Shown here one piece after another: positions 1 through 9,620 of a stretch of DNA of 64,000 bases; position 1 is the stretch's first letter, and every line of letters starts with the position of its first letter. A program made the translations under genes and the position numbers. The stretch is taken from sequence record PP942979.1. One strand, written 5' to 3'. Under the pieces are notes generated by a model. The model saw only the letters and a list, made by a program, of their open reading frames with translations, did not search any database and was not told where the DNA came from.

Positions 1-2994
1 GTAGGTCTTACCATCAACGGTAACGGCAGCAGCACGGAGCGTAGCAGTCTGGTTCTGGCTAATCGAGTTAGCAGGTACGGTCAGCTTCACGCGAGTTGAA
101 GTAGAACCGACAGACATAGTTGCATACGCAGCGCCCTGAGGCAGTGACCACGTTGGCAGTGAGGCGTACTCGTTTGTTGCACCCGACAGGCGAGTAACAC
201 GCACGAAGTAATCACCAGATACAGTGCCCTCAGTGATAGAGTCATCACCGATGATTTCCACTTTCGACACGTCATCGGTTGGTCCAACAACGGTGAACTG
301 CACGTTACCGGTCTTCGATACAGTACCAACAGTCGCAGCTACGTTGAGCTGGAAAGTCAGAGTGCCGTAGAAGCCGCTCAGTGCTTTCTTGGTGCGAATG
401 CGCCAGCCAGTTGTTCCACCAGCAACGATCTCAAAGTATTCTTGAGCCGCGGTGGACAGCGTGTAAGACAGTTCGCCGCTAGTACCCTCACGAGTAGTAG
501 AGTCAGAGAACGTCAGAACGCTATGCAGGTCGCGAGTCACACCGACAGCAGTACCGAAGTCATACACAGGCGATGGCGCTTGCGGCTGAACAGACAGCAG
601 GCTGATAACGATGATGTTCTTAACAAGCACGGACTTCTGGGCGTTACGTCCGTCGTAGGTTGCACGAATCAGAACAGTTGTGTCCTGAGTCACTTCACCA
701 GCAGACAGCACACCAGTTTGTGCGATGCTTGCGACGGCACTACCCTGAATCACAGACCACGTCGGTGAAGCTACCTGACGGTCAGTACCATCAGAGAGAA
801 TTTCCCACGCGGTGTATTGCGCAGTAGTGTTCTCGTTCATCGAATCGTTACCGCGAATCTCCAGAGAGGTCACAGTCGGTGGGTTACCAACGATGGACAC
901 AGGCAGGGTGGCAGTCTTCGTGATGCCGTTCTCAGTGTACGAAGCGTACAACGTTACGCTGGTGTTAGCGATAGGAACAGCGCCAACAATCAGTTCAGAC
1001 TTATCAAACGTTGCGTAGTTCGAAGCCTGCTGCAAACGGAACTCGTTAGGGCTGATCGTTGCAGTGTGTCCGTCAGAGTAAGTAGCCAGCACTGTATACG
1101 GAGTGGTTGTCTTCTCTTGAACAGACGACGGGCCGACGATCTTAATGCTCGACAGGTCAACGACAGGTACAACATTCACGATTGTAATATCGAGCGTTGC
1201 GGTCTTCGTGATACCGTTCTCCGTGTACGTTGCAGACAGCTTCACAGGAATGTCAGAAGACACTTTGCCTGCGTTGACGGTCTTGTTCACGATAGTAACA
1301 ATATCCAGTCGGTCAGCCGTAAACGTAGTCGGGTCAACCAGCTTGGTGTGGCCGTCAGAGTACGTAGCGAGGAACGTATAGTTCGCGCTCTCTTCACTGC
1401 GGATAGTGTTCGCACCCTGAATAGCAAGAGAGGTCAGCGTTACCGCAGCAGTCTCTTTCAGGATAGTAACGTTCTTGTTACCAGTGACGGTCTGATCTGC
1501 CGTGATGTACGTCGCAGTCAGGACGATGCTGCGGTCCTGCGTTGTCTCTTTCTTCGCAGTCACCACGTTGCCACTGATAGTGGTGTACGTAGTCGGTGCA
1601 GCAACGAAAGAGTTCGGCGTAATCATTTCAGTGTCGCCATTCGACCACGTAATCTTAAACGTGTAGGCTTCACTTTGCTGAGAAGCAATGGTAGAAGAAC
1701 CAAGCACTTCGAGCAGCGTGATCAACTGAGCCTTAACGGTGACGTTCTTTGTCGCGCTAAAGGTCAGGCCGTTATACTGATAAGTAGCAGTCAGTTTGAC
1801 CACGGTATCAGTAGAGACTTTCTTCGCAGTACCCTGCAGGCCAACGAGAGACAGAGCGTTCGCGTTATCCACCGTGAAGTTCGACGGCATGATAGTTGCG
1901 ACGTTACCGGACTTGTAGCGAGCAGTCACGGTGTAGGTCTCTTTCTGCTTATAGATCAGCGTGTCAGCACCAACGATGGAGATAGATACCAGCTCGTCGT
2001 CAGGGATGAATGCGTTCTTGATCAGCAGGTCGTAGGTAGCAGTTACCCAGTTGCCGTAAACAGGGTCACGCTTACGCGCCGTGACTTTCAGTACAACGTC
2101 AGCAGCTAGGTCAGGCGCAGACACAGTACCGTCTTGGTCGATAGTCACACCGATAACGTTCTCTTCGATGGACCATTCAACGCCAGAAGGGTTGTGCTCA
2201 ATGCTGTTTGACCACTCAGCGTCGATGTTCAGTTTGACGCTACTGTTATCCGACATGTAGCTCGCGTTGCCGGGCAGACTAATACGCAAGTTAATCAGGT
2301 GAGGTGATTCCCACTCGACGTTATCGGCGTTGGGCTTGACCCACTTACCGATATACTTGTTCGGGTTAACAGGGTCCTGATCGACAATCGCCAGAACATA
2401 CCCAGCCTGCGGTTCGTTAGAGCTTGCGACTTCAACGAATGCAGTGGAGTTCAGGCGAATCATGGTACGCGCATAATCAGGATGATCGTGATTAGTTGGA
2501 TAACGCGCATCAGCCATACGTGGGTCAGAGCTTGACACAGCGATAGGCATATCAGGGTCAGTCGGGTCAGTCTTAGTGACAACACTACCCAGACGGCTGG
2601 TGGTCGCATGTGCGATTTCCAGATCACCTACTTCGATACCCAGGTCAGCGGCATTCTCTACAACGAAACGGAAGAACTGTTTCTGAGCAAACAACTGCGC
2701 GTAGTCAGTCACGGTTACCCAGGAGCCACGGTGGTTGCCGTCAGATACAGCAGAGGTACGACGCAGCACATACTGGTACTGAGGGCTACCAGTGTTCGCG
2801 TCAATCCAAATCAGGTTGTACGGCTTCTCAGAAAACGATGGCTCAGTCAGAGACACAACAACCTGATGCACTTCCGTTTGATCGTTCGCGTTAGGACGGA
2901 ACAAGAAAGTGATTGGGTTACGTGGCGTCAGACCGCGAGTACGAGCCAGAGCGATATACTGTTTAGCAAAGCCGTCGATCGTGGTTACGCTCAT
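1..2994 (-). CDS. Ig-like repeat virion/tail-fibre protein (3' end runs off window)
   Basis: Missing from ORF track. ATG at 2994 overlaps the upstream TGA. Hand translation MSVTTIDGFAKQYIALARTRG... shows no stop in the stretches read; Thr/Val/Ser-rich beta-sandwich repeats (e.g. VKLTATYQYNGLTFSATKNVTV). Confidence 0.8.
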   Translation of the reverse strand, partial: MSVTTIDGFAKQYIALARTRGLTPRNPITFLFRPNANDQTEVHQVVVSLTEPSFSEKPYNLIWIDANTGSPQYQYVLRRTSAVSDGNHRGSWVTVTDYAQLFAQKQFFRFVVENAADLGIEVGDLEIAHATTSRLGSVVTKTDPTDPDMPIAVSSSDPRMADARYPTNHDHPDYARTMIRLNSTAFVEVASSNEPQAGYVLAIVDQDPVNPNKYIGKWVKPNADNVEWESPHLINLRISLPGNASYMSDNSSVKLNIDAEWSNSIEHNPSGVEWSIEENVIGVTIDQDGTVSAPDLAADVVLKVTARKRDPVYGNWVTATYDLLIKNAFIPDDELVSISIVGADTLIYKQKETYTVTARYKSGNVATIMPSNFTVDNANALSLVGLQGTAKKVSTDTVVKLTATYQYNGLTFSATKNVTVKAQLITLLEVLGSSTIASQQSEAYTFKITWSNGDTEMITPNSFVAAPTTYTTISGNVVTAKKETTQDRSIVLTATYITADQTVTGNKNVTILKETAAVTLTSLAIQGANTIRSEESANYTFLATYSDGHTKLVDPTTFTADRLDIVTIVNKTVNAGKVSSDIPVKLSATYTENGITKTATLDITIVNVVPVVDLSSIKIVGPSSVQEKTTTPYTVLATYSDGHTATISPNEFRLQQASNYATFDKSELIVGAVPIANTSVTLYASYTENGITKTATLPVSIVGNPPTVTSLEIRGNDSMNENTTAQYTAWEILSDGTDRQVASPTWSVIQGSAVASIAQTGVLSAGEVTQDTTVLIRATYDGRNAQKSVLVKNIIVISLLSVQPQAPSPVYDFGTAVGVTRDLHSVLTFSDSTTREGTSGELSYTLSTAAQEYFEIVAGGTTGWRIRTKKALSGFYGTLTFQLNVAATVGTVSKTGNVQFTVVGPTDDVSKVEIIGDDSITEGTVSGDYFVRVTRLSGATNEYASLPTWSLPQGAAYATMSVGSTSTRVKLTVPANSISQNQTATLRAAAVTVDGKTY

Positions 2995-3623
2995 TCATTA
3001 TTCTCCAGAATGTCGGTCGCAATCAGATGGCCGTATGATGCTTTCACGGACGTATCAGCGATGAAGGTAGAACCATTGTCGCCTACGTCTGCGTCCATGT
3101 TCACTTTGTCCTGCACGGTCTTCACTTCGACCAAAGGCTTCTCGGCGTGCATTTCATCGTGAGGCAGTGGTGTGCGCTTATCGGTGTTACGTGGGTCAGA
3201 GACAGACACGAACGTAGGACGACCGACAGTAGCAGGCTCAGTGGTCAGGCGAGCAATACCGTATTCGTCAACAGACGCGTTAGGAATATCGCTACCACCA
3301 CTAATGTCAGCAGGATCATAATACTGCGGAGCCCACAGAGAGTTGAAGTTCTTCACTTCTTCCCACGTATTTTTGTAGCCACCAGCAGGCTCTTTGGATT
3401 TACGTGCAAGGAACTTGCGATAGAACGCGCTGTTCACATCCATGCAAAGCCACACAACGTTCATCGGCAACACAACACCAACAGGCTCGGCTGAGGCGGT
3501 GATGAACGTACAACTGATGTTGAGTGTCGGGTTAATCTGACGAACGATTTGGTCTTTCGACGTATCATCCATAAAGCCCGTAACAGCCAACAGAGCAGCA
3601 GCGATTTCATTCAGTGTAGTCAT
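2991..3623 (-). CDS. Virion/tail-associated protein, paralogue of neighbours
   Basis: Start moved to ATG 3623 (GGAG SD; MTTLNEIAAALL). Shares P.N.vW, W..v, DPR..D.R.P..H..H motifs with both flanking genes. Confidence 0.7.
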   Translation of the reverse strand: MTTLNEIAAALLAVTGFMDDTSKDQIVRQINPTLNISCTFITASAEPVGVVLPMNVVWLCMDVNSAFYRKFLARKSKEPAGGYKNTWEEVKNFNSLWAPQYYDPADISGGSDIPNASVDEYGIARLTTEPATVGRPTFVSVSDPRNTDKRTPLPHDEMHAEKPLVEVKTVQDKVNMDADVGDNGSTFIADTSVKASYGHLIATDILENNE

Positions 3624-3633
3624 AACCGCTCCG

Positions 3634-4272
3634 TTAGTCAGTAGGTTGGCCGAGTTCAGATTCACGTACCTTACGCCATTGAAGCGTATTGTCTTCAAGT
3701 ACCATAACCTGATTCACAGCAGGAACCAGCTGGTCTTTGATAGGCACATGTTCTTCACCGTAGCTACCGTTGATAGAGATCATGGTAGCAGGCTTCTCAG
3801 GGTGTGTGTGGTCTTTCGGGTCACGATTGTTAGACAACGTTTCATCGCCCTCAAGCATAACACGCGACTCAGCCTCTGGGTAAGACAGATAGCCGATACC
3901 ACGAGTAATCGAAGTAGCAAGCGGAGGCAGAGTCTGGTTGATGATTTTCAGATCGTTTGGGTCATACGTCTGGTCTCCCATGGCATCGTCATAGAAGTAC
4001 AGCGCAGTCCAAACATCTTTGTACGGGTCAGCCAGGTCTTTCGTTGTGCGCTTAAACGCAGTGCGGAAAGTAGGCGACTCAGGGTCGTAGTCAATCCAGA
4101 TCGCATTGATCGGAAGGACTACATAACGTGGAACTGCATACGAGCAGTAGAACAACAGACCTAACTGCGAACCATCTTTAGGCAGACGGAACATGATTGG
4201 GTTTTTGTTCTGCTGGTGGATATTCGTAAGCAACTCAACGTTACTGATGAACTGTTCAAGTTTCAGTTCCAT
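3634..4272 (-). CDS. Virion/tail-associated protein, paralogue of neighbours
   Basis: 212 aa; PINAIWIDYDPESP and NRDPKDHTHPEKP; TAATTT motif upstream. Confidence 0.7.
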   Translation of the reverse strand: MELKLEQFISNVELLTNIHQQNKNPIMFRLPKDGSQLGLLFYCSYAVPRYVVLPINAIWIDYDPESPTFRTAFKRTTKDLADPYKDVWTALYFYDDAMGDQTYDPNDLKIINQTLPPLATSITRGIGYLSYPEAESRVMLEGDETLSNNRDPKDHTHPEKPATMISINGSYGEEHVPIKDQLVPAVNQVMVLEDNTLQWRKVRESELGQPTD

Positions 4273-4306
4273 TGTGTTCTCCGTTTACCAGAAGCGGTGG
4301 TTAAAA

Positions 4307-5002
4307 TTATACAGGGTCGCCTGACTTAGGACTGGTAGAACCGTATTTAATACGGAACATATAATCCAGGCTATCGAACGGGAAGTCATTGCGATAGACA
4401 ACATAATCAAAGCCACCGAGACTGACTTCCGCTGCGCCTTGGAAGTTGAAGTCATTGAACTCCATAGCGCCATCCCATGATCCAGAGAATCCCTGCGCGG
4501 TCTCTTGAAAATATCCATAGAGCAAACGCTTTGGCCATGCGACGTAGAAGAAGCGGTTGTTATCAGACGTAGATTCATTCGGTGGGCAAGTGATTGTTTG
4601 AGGACTCGATTCACCGAGAATAGTAGTCAGAGAACGGAAGAAGGTATCGTTGTAGTCTTGAATCGACAACACTTTATCGTGTATGCCAAAGCGAGGACCA
4701 TATTCACCACTGAACGGCACAGACACTCTAACCTTGTTCGACGTAGCATTGAGAGTGGTGCTGACGTTATACGCCTTAGCCACAAGGTCATGCTCGCCTG
4801 TATCAAAAGGCAGAGTGAAGTCGAAATATGCAGTCGTTCCAGAAGTAGGCAGGTCAAGTTTCTTGAGCACTGTACCCGCTGCATTCTCAATCTGGAGTGT
4901 ACCACGCAAAGGCGGATTATCCATTGCGACTAAGAATCGCAGTTCTTTGTTACGCAGCGAGAAACAGTATTCCAAGTTACCTTGAATGGTCAAAGTAAGC
5001 AT
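4307..5002 (-). CDS. Putative structural protein with Ig-like N-terminus
   Basis: 231 aa directly downstream of tail sheath; beta-rich (FTLPFDTGEHDLVAKAYN). Confidence 0.5.
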   Translation of the reverse strand: MLTLTIQGNLEYCFSLRNKELRFLVAMDNPPLRGTLQIENAAGTVLKKLDLPTSGTTAYFDFTLPFDTGEHDLVAKAYNVSTTLNATSNKVRVSVPFSGEYGPRFGIHDKVLSIQDYNDTFFRSLTTILGESSPQTITCPPNESTSDNNRFFYVAWPKRLLYGYFQETAQGFSGSWDGAMEFNDFNFQGAAEVSLGGFDYVVYRNDFPFDSLDYMFRIKYGSTSPKSGDPV

Positions 5003-5018
5003 AGAACCTCACAATACG

Positions 5019-5044
5019 AAAAAAGGAGGACCGAAGCCCTCCTC
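5019..5044 (-). terminator. Intrinsic terminator after tail sheath
   Basis: AGGAGGGC-TTCG-GTCCTCCT then T-run on minus strand. Confidence 0.8.
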
Positions 5045-5049
5045 ATTGA

Positions 5050-6726
5050 TTACTGACTCAGAGTTGTGGAGGTACTGCCTGTCGGGTTGATGTTGAAACG
5101 ATAGATCAGACGCTTCGTAGTACGCGTCGGGTCCAACACGATATCCAGAATCAGGTCGCCATTGGCGATAGTCTGGTTGGTGTTGTTGTTCTCGTCACAG
5201 ACAACCTGATAGCCCTGAGAACCGGAGCTACCACTACGCAGACCACGAGCCAGTTTGATCTCTTCGAGAAACTTCTCGACGATACCTTTCAGATAGCCAC
5301 GCAGGATGCTATCGTTCGGGTCAAACAGGCCAACGCGGCAAGTGCGCTGACAGACTTCAAGCACGTAGCCCACCATACGCTGAATCTGAATCTGCTGGAA
5401 AGCAGAGTTCTGATTGTACTGAGTGCTCGCTTCCCACACCGCATAGCCACCGCCCATAATATCAGGCAGCTTACGGATGTAGTTGACCTGCTCGCGCGTC
5501 ATTGCATCACGGTCGTCCTGATCATACTTCTGAGCGATAGCATGGAAGTCGAGAGGACCAGATGCAGTGATACCCGCAGGTGCGAACCAGCTACCACGGT
5601 TATTATCCGTGTAGGCAAACACAGCACAAATTTGACCAACACACGCAGTCCACAGGTAGCGGCCTGTGTCTTCGTCGAAGATTTTGATATCAGGCGTATA
5701 CAGAGCCATGTTGGTGTCGTTGACGTTCAACGTCTGACGGCGATAACGAATCGCTTTAGACACAGACTGCTCGGACGACGGGATGCCACAAATAACGAAG
5801 CAGTTAACGTGCGCAGCAGCCGCAGCTTTCATGCCGCGGTGGATGATGTAATCCTGAGTAGGACTAATCAGCAGCGTCACACGAACTTCTTCCGGATCAC
5901 CGAAGTATTCCTGATACGCTTTCGCAAAGTCATCAGAAGTACAGGTATCACCGTCAGCACCGCCCTGGAAGAAGATGAAGTCGGTGGTGAAGAAGTCGAT
6001 ATCGGTGGTGAAGTACGGGTTGCGCACGAAGCGGAAGTTGGAGCTTTCGTTTTCCATCGCGTGATCGATACGATACTGGCGGTCAAACTCATCCGCATAA
6101 TCATACAGGCTGCACTGGTAAGAGTTTACCGGATTGCTGCCGTTCTGATAGTTCTCGTACTCGTCGATATAAAACAGCTTCGTGTTATACGACTTACGGT
6201 CATCAAATGGGTCGAGACCCTTCGGACAGGCCGGACGAATCTGCAACGCCATCTGGTTGTTCCAGTCACCTGGGTTTTCCAGAATAACGTAGCCGATGAT
6301 GTTATCGTTCAACGGGTCAGTAGGCAGGAAGCCCAGCTGATCAGGAGAATCTACACCGACGATGTTACCATCTTGATCGGTATATGGGGTGATACGCACT
6401 ACAGGCTGAACAGCAGACGCGTCATCGACAGTAACCACACCGACCGCGTATTTTGCGTTCTTAGTGATACGGACGAATTTGAGCTGGTTAGTCTGTTTAG
6501 CAACAGGCAGAGCGAGATACAGGCCGAGGCCATACTTGGGATCTTTTGCACCGAAGATGTTCTTCAAATCATCTTTATTACGCACATCAACACGCTGGTT
6601 TACAGGGCCGCGACGAGCCTGACCAACAATGCCTACTACTGCCGTAGATAAAGACGTTGCACCAACGGAGAGATCCCGTACACCAGTATAAACACCAGCA
6701 GAGGAATGCGTTGAGTTAACGGGCAT
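5050..6726 (-). CDS. Contractile tail sheath protein
   Basis: Start at ATG 6726 (AGGAG SD). SAGVYTGVRDLS, GQARRGPVN, WFAPAG, LDIVLDPTRT are sheath-family motifs. Confidence 0.92.
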   Translation of the reverse strand: MPVNSTHSSAGVYTGVRDLSVGATSLSTAVVGIVGQARRGPVNQRVDVRNKDDLKNIFGAKDPKYGLGLYLALPVAKQTNQLKFVRITKNAKYAVGVVTVDDASAVQPVVRITPYTDQDGNIVGVDSPDQLGFLPTDPLNDNIIGYVILENPGDWNNQMALQIRPACPKGLDPFDDRKSYNTKLFYIDEYENYQNGSNPVNSYQCSLYDYADEFDRQYRIDHAMENESSNFRFVRNPYFTTDIDFFTTDFIFFQGGADGDTCTSDDFAKAYQEYFGDPEEVRVTLLISPTQDYIIHRGMKAAAAAHVNCFVICGIPSSEQSVSKAIRYRRQTLNVNDTNMALYTPDIKIFDEDTGRYLWTACVGQICAVFAYTDNNRGSWFAPAGITASGPLDFHAIAQKYDQDDRDAMTREQVNYIRKLPDIMGGGYAVWEASTQYNQNSAFQQIQIQRMVGYVLEVCQRTCRVGLFDPNDSILRGYLKGIVEKFLEEIKLARGLRSGSSGSQGYQVVCDENNNTNQTIANGDLILDIVLDPTRTTKRLIYRFNINPTGSTSTTLSQ

Positions 6727-6751
6727 GATTTGTCTCCTTATATGACTGTCT

Positions 6752-6760
6752 GAAATTATC
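6752..6760 (-). promoter_or_regulatory. Late-type promoter motif (C/A)TAATTT, representative site
   Basis: Also at 4303, 29991, 33603, 34485, 37602, 41917, 42817, 48229, 50356, 58204; mostly 24-38 nt upstream of virion-type genes. Confidence 0.65.
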
Positions 6761-6780
6761 GTATAAGAGACTAGAAACGC

Positions 6781-6808
6781 AAAAGGGGCAGCCGAAGCCA
6801 CCCCTTTG
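6781..6808 (-). terminator. Intrinsic terminator, tandem-wobble family
   Basis: GGGGTGGC-TTCG-GCTGCCCC then T-run. Confidence 0.85.
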
Positions 6809-6810
6809 TT

Positions 6811-7896
6811 TTAACAATCGCAACCTACGGAATCGAAGTCCAATTTCAGTCCCGGATAGAGTTCATTAAACTCCGTCAGAGGCATATTGAAACCTGCGGC
6901 ACTTGGATGCCCGTCACCGCCACGAGTACGCGCAATGTAGCGAGCACTGCCTTTGTGTCCTTCCGGATATCCTTGAGAACGGCAGCTAACATACACACGG
7001 TCTGGGTCGCGGTGACCTTTGCGCACCAGCAGCACTGTTTGGAAGTGCGGATAGTTTTCGTAGACGTGTGCGCCAGTTTCAGACGCGATGTTCTTATCGC
7101 AAGGTACAACTGCGTGTTTAACACCCACCAGCTCGTTAGGCTCAGAGAAGTTGCTGTTCTCGTCGATCATGCGGCGAATCTTCGCGTCACGATCAGCGAT
7201 TGCAGCTTCACCCTGTTTGATAATCTGCTCAATATCACCAGACAGGATAATCTTATATGCCTTGCGCACGGTGGGCGGCATATCGGTGTAGATGATACCA
7301 CACTTCTCAACGTCGCTAAACACGTCCTTAGAATAACCTTCGTAGAAAGCGAATGCGCGTTTGTTAGTACGAATCCACAGATCGCGGTCAGACACCAGTT
7401 GGGCACAGCGGATAATGTTGCCTGTGCAGGAGTATTGATGCTGCTGGAACTCACCGACATGCGCCATGTAGGCAAGCAGTGCGCCGCTACCGCCGGAAGC
7501 AAACGTCAGAGACACAGGAGAAACGTCGAGCGCAGCACATTCGGCAGCATACTTCTCTTGGTCACGAACATCGTGGTGGTCGAGAACTTTAAAGCCACCA
7601 GCTCCGAAGCGTTTAGTGAAGATAGCCATCTGCTTTTCAGTCAGAGAGAAATCAACTACGACAACGCGGGTGTAACCTTTGGGATCTTTGATGAACTCAC
7701 CTTTATCATCCTTGATGCCCTCAAGACCAGGCAGGTCTTGCAGCAGTACACCATTAGCGTCAACAATATCGCCCTGGTTTTCTGCATAGACAGCAGGATA
7801 GAAGTGAAGCGTATCATTGGAATACGCGAGTGCTGTGATGGCCGCAGCGAAACTGCCATCAGCACATCCTTGATGATAGACAACAAGTGTAGTCAT
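6811..7896 (-). CDS. DHH/DHHA1-family phosphoesterase
   Basis: YHQGCADG, VVVVDFS, VLDHH and C-terminal GGDGHPSAAGF motifs. Confidence 0.85.
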   Translation of the reverse strand: MTTLVVYHQGCADGSFAAAITALAYSNDTLHFYPAVYAENQGDIVDANGVLLQDLPGLEGIKDDKGEFIKDPKGYTRVVVVDFSLTEKQMAIFTKRFGAGGFKVLDHHDVRDQEKYAAECAALDVSPVSLTFASGGSGALLAYMAHVGEFQQHQYSCTGNIIRCAQLVSDRDLWIRTNKRAFAFYEGYSKDVFSDVEKCGIIYTDMPPTVRKAYKIILSGDIEQIIKQGEAAIADRDAKIRRMIDENSNFSEPNELVGVKHAVVPCDKNIASETGAHVYENYPHFQTVLLVRKGHRDPDRVYVSCRSQGYPEGHKGSARYIARTRGGDGHPSAAGFNMPLTEFNELYPGLKLDFDSVGCDC

Positions 7897-7898
7897 GA

Positions 7899-8765
7899 CT
7901 AAACCCAGTGGTTGTTAGAATTGTTTCCAGTTTGGGCAGCGCGAGCATGTGCAACCATCTGGCGCAAGCCCTCCAGCGTCCGTTCTAAGTGATCGCGATA
8001 GTGTTCGTCGGCAATGTTCACACCGTGATGGAATGCTACAGTAAACAATTGCCATTCATTCGATTGGCGCAGTGCTTCCATTTTACGGTAAAGAATTTCA
8101 CGACGCTCGCGGGCACGTAACAAACGCTGAATTAAATTAAGTGGATCGTGAGATTTTGAAGCAAGTTCAATGTGAATTGCATCTAAACCCTCATAGTCCA
8201 AACGAGCCAAAGCCAGCTTTGCGTTCAGGAACAATTCGCGGCGCCGAAGCTGTTCCTCCTGAGGCATACGGCGGCACTTATCTGGGTGCGTCATACGTGC
8301 AATAGCTTTGTAGATTGCCTTACACTTCTTAGCGAGGACGGCACGGGACCACTTCTCATGATCGGCCTGCTGGTCTGCATCACCTTCGTTATCACGCACT
8401 TCGTGGTCAGTATCTTCTTCGAAGTTATCGTCCACCAGCTTCTGCAAGTCTTCTGCATTCGCTTTGTCTTCGAGGTCGTCAGACTCTGCCATGTTGATAA
8501 TGATGGCCTGGAGTTCGGCGTTGAGTCGCTCAATCTCCATAATAATCGGCTTGTTGTTTTTGTTCAGCTTGTCGATTACTTTGGTAACGCGTTCACAATC
8601 AGCACTGTAGCGGAGTTCGAGTGCGGCTACTTCTTCGAGGACTTCTTCAAGCGTTTCGCCGCCTTCCTCTTCAAACTGCGCCAGTTCCTGTGTGTCCACC
8701 AATTCAGTGGACTGAGCTAACAGTGCTGGAAGTTGAGGGATAACCATCAACTGAGTATTTGTCAT
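7899..8765 (-). CDS. J-domain co-chaperone with coiled-coil/acidic N-terminus
   Basis: KAIYKAIARMTHPDK...LFLNAKLA: J-domain helix II-HPD-helix III. Confidence 0.8.
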   Translation of the reverse strand: MTNTQLMVIPQLPALLAQSTELVDTQELAQFEEEGGETLEEVLEEVAALELRYSADCERVTKVIDKLNKNNKPIIMEIERLNAELQAIIINMAESDDLEDKANAEDLQKLVDDNFEEDTDHEVRDNEGDADQQADHEKWSRAVLAKKCKAIYKAIARMTHPDKCRRMPQEEQLRRRELFLNAKLALARLDYEGLDAIHIELASKSHDPLNLIQRLLRARERREILYRKMEALRQSNEWQLFTVAFHHGVNIADEHYRDHLERTLEGLRQMVAHARAAQTGNNSNNHWV

Positions 8766-8956
8766 GGGCGAGTAAGCTCCGAGATTGGTTTAGCCACCAG
8801 CTCTGCAATGCGCGGCGGGCACTGAGGGTTGCGTTTTAAGTTCTTGTGCAACCACTGCAAGTTGTTACCTGACGAAGACACCTCAGCGCGAAAGCTGGGC
8901 AGTTTAAGTTCGTCACGGTGTTTGGCCAGCAGCGCATTCAGTTCATTCAGCAACAT
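8762..8956 (-). CDS. Hypothetical protein
   Basis: 64 aa, overlaps next start; AAGGA SD. Confidence 0.65.
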   Translation of the reverse strand: MLLNELNALLAKHRDELKLPSFRAEVSSSGNNLQWLHKNLKRNPQCPPRIAELVAKPISELTRP

Positions 8957-8965
8957 TGTTTTTCC

Positions 8966-9586
8966 TTAAAGAGAAGAAGTCATCAGTTCGAGAACATTTG
9001 AAACCACATGCGCAGGACCGATAGAGATACCAGTGTGCGCCTGCAGGTGAATACGTTTCGTAAACAGTTCGAGTGGGTCAGGCCCACCGCCTGTCACTAC
9101 GATTCGAGGTATCTTCGGGAACATCTCAAGGATGTCTCGCAGTCGTTCAATCTTATAGCTGGTGCTGTCCATCGTTACGTTGGTCAACACTAACAATGAT
9201 GGTCGCTTGCTTTTGAGTTGTTCATAGTCGAAGCGATCACCGTACAACGTTACCCAGCGAGGCTTGAGCGCTGTCTCTACGCTGTCTTCTACCGCAGCAT
9301 TAAAGATATTCAACGCTGCCATTTTCGCTCGATAGTCATTCGGGAAACTGCTAATCACCGTGATACGCGGGTCAGACTCAAACGGATTCTGAATCATCTT
9401 CGCAAGGTGAGTAAGCTGTTTGGCTTTGGAGACAACACGACCTTTGAAGTAAGGCGACATTGGCTTATAGTCCTGCGCAGCTTCAACTACATCAAAAGTC
9501 TCACGCTTGCCAAACAGTAGCTGGGGATCTACACCCAGCGTTTGCATTTGCTTTGCCGCAGCAGGTTCGAAATCGAATGTTAACAC
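8966..9586 (-). CDS. Degenerate DnaC/DnaA/Hda-like AAA+ protein (helicase-loader-like)
   Basis: ETFDVV start, LLVLTNV (Walker-B position), IERLRDILE...PRIVVTGG; no GxxGxGK Walker A. Confidence 0.5.
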   Translation of the reverse strand: MLTFDFEPAAAKQMQTLGVDPQLLFGKRETFDVVEAAQDYKPMSPYFKGRVVSKAKQLTHLAKMIQNPFESDPRITVISSFPNDYRAKMAALNIFNAAVEDSVETALKPRWVTLYGDRFDYEQLKSKRPSLLVLTNVTMDSTSYKIERLRDILEMFPKIPRIVVTGGGPDPLELFTKRIHLQAHTGISIGPAHVVSNVLELMTSSL

Positions 9587-9612
9587 AATACCCTCCGTTG
9601 TTCATGTCAGGT

Positions 9613-9620
9613 ATTTACAG
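9613..9620 (-). promoter_or_regulatory. Replication-gene promoter motif CTGTAAA(T), representative site
   Basis: Also at 15499, 18928, 28267, 35638, 38148, 47014, 49623, 49964, 53595, 55779, 63736 (minus) and 59203 (plus, before a plus gene). Confidence 0.7.

Noticed and set aside
817-2109. 430-aa plus-strand ORF and similar long antisense ORFs (5542..6651, 6907..7902, 15660..16889, 21036..21977, 61602..62459)
   Set aside because: Each lies opposite a well-supported gene, has atypical Arg/Val/Ser-rich composition and no SD; codon-bias shadows.
3624-3698. Upstream extensions of ORF-track starts (also 6727-6801, 27089-27148, 35608-35676, 40365-40505, 53364-53498, 58785-58835)
   Set aside because: They overlap upstream genes or promoter motifs; downstream starts have better SD or promoter spacing.
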